A stretch of DNA of 63,949 nucleotides, taken from positions 91,450,001 through 91,513,949 of the forward strand of contig NW_027362772.1 in assembly GCF_046119375.1 (NCBI RefSeq). Reading direction: 5' to 3'. The position numbers and the translations under genes are program-made. The stretch is from Phyllobates terribilis (taxonomy: Eukaryota). Below the pieces are notes generated by a model. It searched no databases. It worked only from the letters and a program-made list of their open reading frames with translations, and was not told where the DNA came from. This document shows, one piece after another, positions 10,901-22,900 of this stretch. Each line of letters starts with the position of its first letter. Within the stretch, counting starts at the first letter, position 1.

Positions 10901-13900
10901 AGTGGGATAACGAGGGGAGAGGAGCGCGACGGCGGGATAACGAGGGGAGAGGAGCAGGATAGCGGGATAACGAGGGGAGAGGAGCAGGATAGCGGGATAA
11001 CGAGGGGAGAGGAGCGCGACGGCGGGATAACGAGGGGAGAGGAGCGCGACAGCGGGATAACGAGGGGAGAGGAGCAGGATAGCGGGATGGTGAGGGGAGA
11101 GGAGCGCGACAGCGGGATAACGAGGGGAGAGGAGCAGGATAGCGGGATAACGAGGGGAGAGAAGCAGGATAGCGGGATGGTGAGGGGAGAGGAGCGCGAC
11201 GGCGGGATAACGAGGAGAGAGGAGCGCGACAGCGGGATAACGAGGGGAGAGGAGCAGGATAGCGTGATGGTGAGGGGAGAGGAGCGCAACAGCGGGATAA
11301 CGAGGGGAGAGGAGCAGGATAAGCGGGATGGTGAGGGGAGAGGAGCAGGATAAGCGGGATGGTGAGGGGAGAGGAGCAGGATAAGCGGGATGGTGAGGGG
11401 AGAGGAGCGCGGCAGCGGGATAACAAGGAGAGAGGAGCGCGACGGCGGGATAACGAGGGGAGAGGAGCAGGATAGTGGGATAACGAGGGGAGAGGAGCAG
11501 GATAGCAGGATGGAGAGGGGAGAGGAGCGCGACGGCGGGATAACGAGGGGAGAGGAGCGCGACGGCGGGATAACGAGGGGAGAGGAGCGCGACGGCGGGA
11601 TAACGAGGGGAGAGGAGCGCGACGGCGGGATAACGAGGGGAGAGGAGCAGGATAGCGGGATAACGAGGGGAGAGGAGCAGGATAGCGGGATAACGAGGGG
11701 AGAGGAGCAGGATAGCGGGATAACGAGGGGAGAGGAGCAGGATAGCGGGATAACGAGGGGAAAGGAGCAGGATAGCGGGATAACGAGGGGAGAGGAGCAG
11801 GATAGCGGGATAACGAGGGGAGAGGAGCAGGATAGCGGGATAACGAGGGGAGAGGAGCAGGATAGCGGGATAACGAGGGGAGAGGAGCGCGACGGCGGGA
11901 TAACGAGGGGAGAGGAGCGCGACGGCGGGATAACGAGGGGAGAGGAGCGCGACGGCGGGATAACGAGGGGAGAGGAGCGCGACGGCGGGATAACGAGGGG
12001 AGAGGAGCGCGACGGCGGGATAACGAGGGGAGAGGAGCGCGACGGCGGGATAACGAGGGGAGAGGAGCGCGACGGCGGGATAACGAGGGGAGAGGAGCGC
12101 GACGGCGGGATAACGAGGGGAGAGGAGCGCGACGGCGGGATAACGAGGGGAGAGGAGCGCGACGGCGGGATAACGAGGGGAGAGGAGCGCGACGGCGGGA
12201 TAACGAGGGGAGAGGAGCAGGATAGCAGGATGGTGGGATGGTGAGGGGAGAGGAGCAGGATAGTGGGATAACGAGGGGAGAGGAGCAGGATAGCGGGATA
12301 ACGAGGGGAGAGGAGCGCGACGGCGGGATAACGAGGGGAGAGGAGCGCGACGGCGGGATAACGAGGGGAGAGGAGCGCGACGGCGGGATAACGAGGGGAG
12401 AGGAGCGCGACGGCGGGATAACGAGGGGAGAGGAGCGCGACGGCGGGATAACGAGGGGAGAGGAGCGCGACGGCGGGATGCCGAGGGGAGAGGAGCGCGA
12501 CGGCGGGATGCCGAGGGGAGAGGAGCGCGACGGCGGGATGCCGAGGGGAGAGGAGCGCGACGGCGGGATGCCGAGGGGAGAGGAGCGCGACGGCGGGATG
12601 GTGAGGGGAGAGGAGCAGGATAGTGGGATGGTGAGGGGAGAGGAGCGCGACGGCGGGATAACGAGGGGAGAGGAGCGCGACAGCGGGATAACGAGGGGAG
12701 AGGAGCAGGATAGCGGGATAACGAGGGGAGAGGAGCAGGATGGTGAGGGGAGAGGAGCAGGATAGCGGGATAACGAGGGGAGAGGAGCAGGATAGTGGGA
12801 TGGTGAGGGGAGAGGAGCAGGATAGTGGGATAACGAGGGGAGAGGAGCAGGATAGTGGGATGGTGAGGGGAGAGGAGCAGGATAGTGGGATGGTGAGGGG
12901 AGAGGAGCAGGATAGTGGGATGGTGAGGGGAGAGGAGCAGGATAGCGGGATAACGAGGGGAGAGGAGCGCGACAGCGGGATATCGAGGGGAGAGGAGCAG
13001 GATAGCAGGATGGTGAGGGGAGAGGAGCAGGATAGCAGGATGGTGAGGGGAGAGGAGCAGGATAGCAGGATGGTGAGGGGAGAGGAGCAGGATAGCAGGA
13101 TGGTGAGGGGAGAGGAGCAGGATAGCAGGATGGTGAGGGGAGAGGAGCAGGATAGCGGGATGGTGAGGGGAGAGGAGCAGGATAGCGGGATGGTGAGGGG
13201 AGAGGAGCAGGATAGCGGGATGGTGAGGGGAGAGGAGCAGGATAGTGGGATGGTGAGGGGAGAGGAGCGCGACGGCGGGATAACGAGGGGAGAGGAGCGC
13301 GACGGCAGGATAACGAGGGGAGAGGAGCGCGACGGCGGGATGCCGAGGGGAGAGGAGCGCGACGGCGGGATGCCGAGGGGAGAGGAGCGCGACGGCGGGA
13401 TGCCGAGGGGAGAGGAGCGCGACGGCGGGATGCCGAGGGGAGAGGAGCGCGACGGCGGGATGCCGAGGGGAGAGGAGCAGGATAGCGGGATGGTGAGGGG
13501 AGAGGAGCAGGATAGTGGGATGGTGAGGGGAGAGGAGCGCGACGGCGGGATAACGAGGGGAGAGGAGCGCGACAGCGGGATAACGAGGGGAGAGGAGCAG
13601 GATAGCGGGATAACGAGGGGAGAGGAGCAGGATGGTGAGGGGAGAGGAGCAGGATAGCGGGATAACGAGGGGAGAGGAGCAGGATAGCGGGATGGTGAGG
13701 GGAGAGGAGCAGGATAGTGGGATAACGAGGGGAGAGGAGCAGGATAGCAGGATGGTGAGGGGAGAGGAGCAGGATAGCAGGATGGTGAGGGGAGAGGAGC
13801 AGGATAGCAGGATGGTGAGGGGAGAGGAGCAGGATAGCAGGATGGTGAGGGGAGAGGAGCAGGATAGCAGGATGGTGAGGGGAGAGGAGCAGGATAGCAG

Positions 13901-16900
13901 GATGGTGAGGGGAGAGGAGCAGGATAGCGGGATGGTGAGGGGAGAGGAGCAGGATAGTGGGATGGTGAGGGGAGAGGAGCGCGACGGCGGGATAACGAGG
14001 GGAGAGGAGCGCGACAGCGGGATAACGAGGGGAGAGGAGCAGGATAGCGTGATGGTGAGGGGAGAGGAGCGCAACAGCGGGATAACGAGGGGAGAGGAGC
14101 AGGATAAGCGGGATAACGAGGGGAGTGGAGCGCGACGGCGGGATAACGAGGGGAGAGGAGCAGGATAGTGGGATAACGAGGGGAGAGGAGCAGGATAGCA
14201 GGATGGTGAGGGGAGAGGAGCGCGACGGCGGGATAACGAGGGGAGAGGAGCGCGACGGCGGGATAACGAGGGGAGAGGAGCGCGACGGCGGGATAACGAG
14301 GGGAGAGGAGCGCGACGGCGGGATAACGAGGGGAGAGGAGCGCGACGGCGGGATAACGAGGGGAGAGGAGCAGGATAGCAGGATGGTGGGATGGTGAGGG
14401 GAGAGGAGCAGGATAGTGGGATAACGAGGGGAGAGGAGCGTAATAACGGGATAATGAGGGAAGAGGAGCAGGACGGCAGGGGGAGAGGAGCAGGATAACG
14501 AGGGGAGAGGAGCAGGATAGCAGGATGGTGAGGGGAGAGGAGCAGGATAGCGGGATAACGAGGGGAGAGGAGCGCGACAGCGGGATAACGAGGGGAGAGG
14601 AGCAGGATAGCAGGATGGTGAGGGGAGAGGAGCAGGATAGTGGGATGGTGAGGGGAGAGGAGCAGGATAGTGGGATGGTGAGGGGAGAGGAGCAGGATAG
14701 CGGGATAACGAGGGGAGAGGAGCGCGACAGCGGGATATCGAGGGGAGAGGAGCAGGATAGCAGGATGGTGAGGGGAGAGGAGCAGGATAGTGGGATAACG
14801 AGGGGAGAGGAGGAGGATAGCAGGATAACGAGGGGAGAGGAGCGCGACGGCGGGATAACGAGGGGAGAGGAGCGCGACGGCGGGATAACGAGGGGAGAGG
14901 AGCAGGATAGTGGGATAACGAGGGGAGAGGAGCGCGACGGCGGGATAACGAGGGGAGAGGAGCAGGATAGCGGGATAACGAGGGGAGAGGAGCAGGATAG
15001 CGGGATAACGAGGGGAGAGGAGCGCGACGGCGGGATAACGAGGGGAGAGGAGCGCGACAGCGGGATAACGAGGGGAGAGGAGCAGGATAGCGGGATGGTG
15101 AGGGGAGAGGAGCGCGACAGCGGGATAACGGGAGAGGAGCAGGATAGCGGGATAACGAGGGGAGAGAAGCAGGATAGCGGGATGGTGAGGGGAGAGGAGC
15201 GCGACGGCGGGATAACGAGGGGAGAGGAGCGCGACAGCGGGATAACGAGGGGAGAGGAGCAGGATAGCGTGATGGTGAGGGGAGAGGAGCGCAACAGCGG
15301 GATAACGAGGGGAGAGGAGCAGGATAAGCGGGATGGTGAGGGGAGAGGAGCAGGATAAGCGGGATGGTGAGGGGAGAGGAGCAGGATAAGCGGGATGGTG
15401 AGGGGAGAGGAGCGCGGCAGCGGGATAACAAGGAGAGAGGAGCGCGACGGCGGGATAACGAGGGGAGAGGAGCAGGATAGTGGGATAACGAGGGGAGAGG
15501 AGCAGGATAGCAGGATGGAGAGGGGAGAGGAGCGCGACGGCGGGATAACGAGGGGAGAGGAGCGCGACGGCGGGATAACGAGGGGAGAGGAGCGCGACGG
15601 CGGGATAACGAGGGGAGAGGAGCGCGACGGCGGGATAACGAGGGGAGAGGAGCGCGACGGCGGGATAACGAGGGGAGAGGAGCAGGATAGCGGGATAACG
15701 AGGGGAGAGGAGCAGGATAGCGGGATAACGAGGGGAGAGGAGCAGGATAGCGGGATAACGAGGGGAGAGGAGCAGGATAGCGGGATAACGAGGGGAGAGG
15801 AGCGCGACGGCGGGATAACGAGGGGAGAGGAGCGCGACGGCGGGATAACGAGGGGAGAGGAGCGCGACGGCGGGATAACGAGGGGAGAGGAGCGCGACGG
15901 CGGGATAACGAGGGGAGAGGAGCGCGACGGCGGGATGCCGAGGGGAGAGGAGCGCGACGGCGGGATGCCGAGGGGAGAGGAGCGCGACGGCGGGATGCCG
16001 AGGGGAGAGGAGCGCGACGGCGGGATGCCGAGGGGAGAGGAGCGCGACGGCGGGATGCCGAGGGGAGAGGAGCGCGACGGCGGGATGCCGAGGGGAGAGG
16101 AGCGCGACGGCGGGATGCCGAGGGGAGAGGAGCGCGACGGCGGGATGCCGAGGGGAGAGGAGCGCGACGGCGGGATGCCGAGGGGAGAGGAGCGCGACGG
16201 CGGGATGCCGAGGGGAGAGGAGCGCGACGGCGGGATGCCGAGGGGAGAGGAGCGCGACGGCGGGATGCCGAGGGGAGAGGAGCGCGACGGCGGGATGCCG
16301 AGGGGAGAGGAGCGCGACGGCGGGATGCCGAGGGGAGAGGAGCGCGACGGCGGGATAACGAGGGGAGAGGAGCGCGACGGCAGGATAACGAGGGGAGAGG
16401 AGTAGGATAGCGGGATGCCGAGGGGAGAGGAGCGCGACGGCGGGATGCCGAGGGGAGAGGAGCGCGACGGCGGGATGCCGAGGGGAGAGGAGCGCGACGG
16501 CGGGATGCCGAGGGGAGAGGAGCGCGACGGCGGGATGCCGAGGGGAGAGGAGCGCGACGGCGGGATGCCGAGGGGAGAGGAGCGCGACGGCGGGATAACG
16601 AGGGGAGAGGAGCGCGACGGCAGGATAACGAGGGGAGAGGAGTAGGATAGCGGGATGCCGAGGGGAGAGGAGCGCGACGGCGGGATGCCGAGGGGAGAGG
16701 AGCGCGACGGCGGGATGCCGAGGGGAGAGGAGCGCGACGGCGGGATGCCGAGGGGAGAGGAGCGCGACGGCGGGATGCCGAGGGGAGAGGAGCGCGACGG
16801 CGGGATAACGAGGGGAGAGGAGCGCGACGGCGGGATAACGAGGGGAGAGGAGCAGGATAGCGGGATAACGAGGGGAGAGGAGCAGGATAGCGGGATAACG

Positions 16901-19900
16901 AGGGGAGAGGAGCGCGACGGCGGGATAACGAGGGGAGAGGAGCGCGACGGCGGGATAACGAGGGGAGAGGAGCGCGACGGCGGGATAACGAGGGGAGAGG
17001 AGCGCGACGGCGGGATAACGAGGGGAGAGGAGCGCGACGGCGGGATAACGAGGGGAGAGGAGCGCGACGGCGGGATAACGAGGGGAGAGGAGCGCGACGG
17101 CGGGATAACGAGGGGAGAGGAGCAGGATAGCGGGATGCCGAGGGGAGAGGAGCGCGACGGCGGGATGCCGAGGGGAGAGGAGCGCGACGGCGGGATGCCG
17201 AGGGGAGAGGAGCGCGACGGCGGGATGCCGAGGGGAGAGGAGCGCGACGGCGGGATGCCGAGGGGAGAGGAGCGCGACGGCGGGATGCCGAGGGGAGAGG
17301 AGCGCGACGGCGGGATGCCGAGGGGAGAGGAGCGCGACGGCGGGATGCCGAGGGGAGAGGAGCAGGATAGCGGGATGGTGAGGGGAGAGGAGCAGGATAG
17401 TGGGATGGTGAGGGGAGAGGAGCGCGACGGCGGGATAACGAGGGGAGAGGAGCGCGACAGCGGGATAACGAGGGGAGAGGAGCAGGATAGCGGGATAACG
17501 AGGGGAGAGGAGCAGGATGGTGAGGGGAGAGGAGCAGGATAGCGGGATAACGAGGGGAGAGGAGCAGGATAGCGGGATGGTGAGGGGAGAGGAGCAGGAT
17601 AGTGGGATAACGAGGGGAGAGGAGCAGGATAGTGGGATGGTGAGGGGAGAGGAGCAGGATAGTGGGATGGTGAGGGGAGAGGAGCAGGATAGTGGGATGG
17701 TGAGGGGAGAGGAGCAGGATAGCGGGATAACGAGGGGAGAGGAGCGCGACAGCGGGATATCGAGGGGAGAGGAGCAGGATAGCAGGATGGTGAGGGGAGA
17801 GGAGCAGGATAGCAGGATGGTGAGGGGAGAGGAGCAGGATAGCAGGATGGTGAGGGGAGAGGAGCAGGATAGCAGGATGGTGAGGGGAGAGGAGCAGGAT
17901 AGCAGGATGGTGAGGGGAGAGGAGCAGGATAGCAGGATGGTGAGGGGAGAGGAGCAGGATAGCAGGATGGTGAGGGGAGAGGAGCAGGATAGCAGGATGG
18001 TGAGGGGAGAGGAGCAGGATAGCAGGATGGTGAGGGGAGAGGAGCAGGATAGCGGGATGGTGAGGGGAGAGGAGCAGGATAGTGGGATGGTGAGGGGAGA
18101 GGAGCGCGACGGCGGGATAACGAGGGGAGAGGAGCGCGACAGCGGGATAACGAGGGGAGAGGAGCAGGATAGCGGGATAACGAGGGGAGAGGAGCAGGAT
18201 GGTGAGGGGAGAGGAGCAGGATAGCGGGATAACGAGGGGAGAGGAGCAGGATAGCGGGATGGTGAGGGGAGAGGAGCAGGATAGTGGGATAACGAGGGGA
18301 GAGGAGCAGGATAGTGGGATGGTGAGGGGAGAGGAGCAGGATAGTGGGATGGTGAGGGGAGAGGAGCAGGATAGTGGGATGGTGAGGGGAGAGGAGCAGG
18401 ATAGCGGGATAACGAGGGGAGAGGAGCGCGACAGCGGGATATCGAGGGGAGAGGAGCAGGATAGCAGGATGGTGAGGGGAGAGGAGCAGGATAGCAGGAT
18501 GGTGAGGGGAGAGGAGCAGGATAGCAGGATGGTGAGGGGAGAGGAGCAGGATAGCAGGATGGTGAGGGGAGAGGAGCAGGATAGCAGGATGGTGAGGGGA
18601 GAGGAGCAGGATAGCAGGATGGTGAGGGGAGAGGAGCAGGATAGCAGGATGGTGAGGGGAGAGGAGCAGGATAGCAGGATGGTGAGGGGAGAGGAGCAGG
18701 ATAGCAGGATGGTGAGGGGAGAGGAGCAGGATAGCGGGATGGTGAGGGGAGAGGAGCAGGATAGTGGGATGGTGAGGGGAGAGGAGCGCGACGGCGGGAT
18801 AACGAGGGGAGAGGAGCGCGACGGCGGGATAACGAGGGGAGAGGAGCAGGATAGCGGGATGCCGAGGGGAGAGGAGCGCGACGGCGGGATGCCGAGGGGA
18901 GAGGAGCGCGACGGCGGGATGCCGAGGGGAGAGGAGCGCGACGGCGGGATGCCGAGGGGAGAGGAGCGCGACGGCGGGATGCCGAGGGGAGAGGAGCGCG
19001 ACGGCGGGATGCCGAGGGGAGAGGAGCGCGACGGCGGGATGCCGAGGGGAGAGGAGCAGGATAGTGGGATGGTGAGGGGAGAGGAGCGCGACGGCGGGAT
19101 AACGAGGGGAGAGGAGCGCGACAGCGGGATAACGAGGGGAGAGGAGCAGGATAGCGGGATAACGAGGGGAGAGGAGCAGGATGGTGAGGGGAGAGGAGCA
19201 GGATAGCGGGATAACGAGGGGAGAGGAGCAGGATAGCGGGATGGTGAGGGGAGAGGAGCAGGATAGTGGGATAACGAGGGGAGAGGAGCAGGATAGTGGG
19301 ATGGTGAGGGGAGAGGAGCAGGATAGTGGGATGGTGAGGGGAGAGGAGCAGGATAGTGGGATGGTGAGGGGAGAGGAGCAGGATAGCGGGATAACGAGGG
19401 GAGAGGAGCGCGACAGCGGGATATCGAGGGGAGAGGAGCAGGATAGCAGGATGGTGAGGGGAGAGGAGCAGGATAGCAGGATGGTGAGGGGAGAGGAGCA
19501 GGATAGCAGGATGGTGAGGGGAGAGGAGCAGGATAGCAGGATGGTGAGGGGAGAGGAGCAGGATAGCGGGATGGTGAGGGGAGAGGAGCAGGATAGCGGG
19601 ATGGTGAGGGGAGAGGAGCAGGATAGCGGGATGGTGAGGGGAGAGGAGCAGGATAGCGGGATGGTGAGGGGAGAGGAGCAGGATAGCGGGATGGTGAGGG
19701 GAGAGGAGCAGGATAGTGGGATGGTGAGGGGAGAGGAGCGCGACGGCGGGATAACGAGGGGAGAGGAGCGCGACGGCGGGATAACGAGGGGAGAGGAGCA
19801 GGATAGCGTGATGGTGAGGGGAGAGGAGCGCAACAGCGGGATAACGAGGGGAGAGGAGCAGGATAAGCGGGATAACGAGGGGAGTGGAGCGCGACGGCGG

Positions 19901-22900
19901 GATAACGAGGGGAGAGGAGCAGGATAGTGGGATAACGAGGGGAGAGGAGCAGGATAGCAGGATGGTGAGGGGAGAGGAGCGCGACGGCGGGATAACGAGG
20001 GGAGAGGAGCGCGACGGCGGGATAACGAGGGGAGAGGAGCGCGACGGCGGGATAACGAGGGGAGAGGAGCGCGACGGCGGGATAACGAGGGGAGAGGAGC
20101 AGGATAGCGGGATGGTGAGGGGAGAGGAGCAGGATAGTGGGATAACGAGGGGAGAGGAGCGTAATAACGGGATAATGAGGGAAGAGGAGCAGGACGGCAG
20201 GGGGAGAGGAGCAGGATAACGAGGGGAGAGGAGCAGGATAGCAGGATGGTGAGGGGAGAGGAGCAGGATAGCGGGATAACGAGGGGAGAGGAGCGCGACA
20301 GCGGGATAACGAGGGGAGAGGAGCAGGATAGCAGGATGGTGAGGGGAGAGGAGCAGGATAGTGGGATGGTGAGGGGAGAGGAGCAGGATAGTGGGATGGT
20401 GAGGGGAGAGGAGCAGGATAGCGGGATAACGAGGGGAGAGGAGCGCGACAGCGGGATATCGAGGGGAGAGGAGCAGGATAGCAGGATGGTGAGGGGAGAG
20501 GAGCAGGATAGTGGGATAACGAGGGGAGAGGAGGAGGATAGCAGGATAACGAGGGGAGAGGAGCGCGACGGCGGGATAACGAGGGGAGAGGAGCGCGACG
20601 GCGGGATAACGAGGGGAGAGGAGCAGGATAGTGGGATAACGAGGGGAGAGGAGCGCGACGGCGGGATAACGAGGGGAGAGGAGCAGGATAGCGGGATAAC
20701 GAGGGGAGAGGAGCAGGATAGCGGGATAACGAGGGGAGAGGAGCGCGACGGCGGGATAACGAGGGGAGAGGAGCGCGACAGCGGGATAACGAGGGGAGAG
20801 GAGCAGGATAGCGGGATGGTGAGGGGAGAGGAGCGCGACAGCGGGATAACGGGAGAGGAGCAGGATAGCGGGATAACGAGGGGAGAGAAGCAGGATAGCG
20901 GGATGGTGAGGGGAGAGGAGCGCGACGGCGGGATAACGAGGGGAGAGGAGCGCGACAGCGGGATAACGAGGGGAGAGGAGCAGGATAGCGTGATGGTGAG
21001 GGGAGAGGAGCGCAACAGCGGGATAACGAGGGGAGAGGAGCAGGATAAGCGGGATGGTGAGGGGAGAGGAGCAGGATAAGCGGGATGGTGAGGGGAGAGG
21101 AGCAGGATAAGCGGGATGGTGAGGGGAGAGGAGCGCGGCAGCGGGATAACAAGGAGAGAGGAGCGCGACGGCGGGATAACGAGGGGAGAGGAGCAGGATA
21201 GTGGGATAACGAGGGGAGAGGAGCAGGATAGCAGGATGGAGAGGGGAGAGGAGCGCGACGGCGGGATAACGAGGGGAGAGGAGCGCGACGGCGGGATAAC
21301 GAGGGGAGAGGAGCGCGACGGCGGGATAACGAGGGGAGAGGAGCAGGATAGCGGGATAACGAGGGGAGAGGAGCAGGATAGCGGGATAACGAGGGGAGAG
21401 GAGCAGGATAGCGGGATAACGAGGGGAGAGGAGCAGGATAGCGGGATAACGAGGGGAGAGGAGCAGGATAGCGGGATAACGAGGGGAGAGGAGCGCGACG
21501 GCGGGATAACGAGGGGAGAGGAGCGCGACGGCGGGATAACGAGGGGAGAGGAGCGCGACGGCGGGATAACGAGGGGAGAGGAGCGCGACGGCGGGATAAC
21601 GAGGGGAGAGGAGCGCGACGGCGGGATAACGAGGGGAGAGGAGCGCGACGGCGGGATAACGAGGGGAGAGGAGCAGGATAGCGGGATGCCGAGGGGAGAG
21701 GAGCGCGACGGCGGGATGCCGAGGGGAGAGGAGCGCGACGGCGGGATGCCGAGGGGAGAGGAGCGCGACGGCGGGATGCCGAGGGGAGAGGAGCGCGACG
21801 GCGGGATGCCGAGGGGAGAGGAGCGCGACGGCGGGATGCCGAGGGGAGAGGAGCGCGACGGCGGGATGCCGAGGGGAGAGGAGCGCGACGGCGGGATGCC
21901 GAGGGGAGAGGAGCAGGATAGCGGGATGGTGAGGGGAGAGGAGCGCGACGGCGGGATAACGAGGGGAGAGGAGCGCGACGGCGGGATAACGAGGGGAGAG
22001 GAGTAGGATAGCGGGATGCCGAGGGGAGAGGAGCGCGACGGCGGGATGCCGAGGGGAGAGGAGCGCGACGGCGGGATGCCGAGGGGAGAGGAGCGCGACG
22101 GCGGGATGCCGAGGGGAGAGGAGCGCGACGGCGGGATGCCGAGGGGAGAGGAGCGCGACGGCGAGGGGAGAGGAGCAGGATAGCGGGATGCTGAGCGGAG
22201 AGGAGCGCGACGGCGGGATAACGAGGGGAGAGGAGCCCGACGGCGAGGGGAGAGGAGCCCGACAGCGGGACGGCGAGAGGAGCCCGACGGCGATGGGGAG
22301 AGGAGCCCGACAGCGGGACGGCGATGGGGAGAGGAGCCCGACAGCGGGACGGCGATGGGGAGAGGAGCCCGACAGCGGGACGGCGATGGGGAGAGGAGCC
22401 CGACAGTGGGACGGCGAGGGGGAGAGGAGCGGGACGGCGTGATATATACTTGGGCAGTAATATATCGGCAGACTGAGCGTCCTGTAGTTCGGGCGACGTC
22501 TCAGAATCTCACGTGGTAACGAGGCGTTGGCTGCAGACGCCCCGATATCATCTGTAGTGTTAGATGATGGCAGCTGCAGATCTGCGCCCCTTATTAACCC
22601 ATCACGTCGTCTCTCTGCCGCGCCGTCTCTTATATCGATCGTTAACATGCTATAATACACTGTGTGCAGAATTATTAGGCAAATGAGTATTTTGCTCACA
22701 TGATGCTTTTTATGTCGTCCTACTCCAAGCTGCATAGACTTGAGAACTTGATTAATGACATCAACACCCTATATAAGGTGCGCTTAATTATTAGGCAACT
22801 TCCTTTCCTTTTGGCAAAATGGGTCAGAAGAGAGATTTGACGGCTCTGAAAAGTCCAAAATTGTGAGATGTCTTGCAGAGGGAGGCAGCAGTCTTGAAAT

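Noticed and set aside
8160-22440. Dense GATA-factor sites in the array
   Set aside because: The motifs are GGATAA and GGATAG, which do not fit WGATAR.
7975-22735. Three minus-strand ORFs of 4320-4905 aa and many plus-strand (RGEEQDSG..)n ORFs
   Set aside because: They are translations of the 30-bp minisatellite. The pyrimidine-rich strand cannot form stop codons, all three frames are open at once, and the region is intron 2 of NECAP2.
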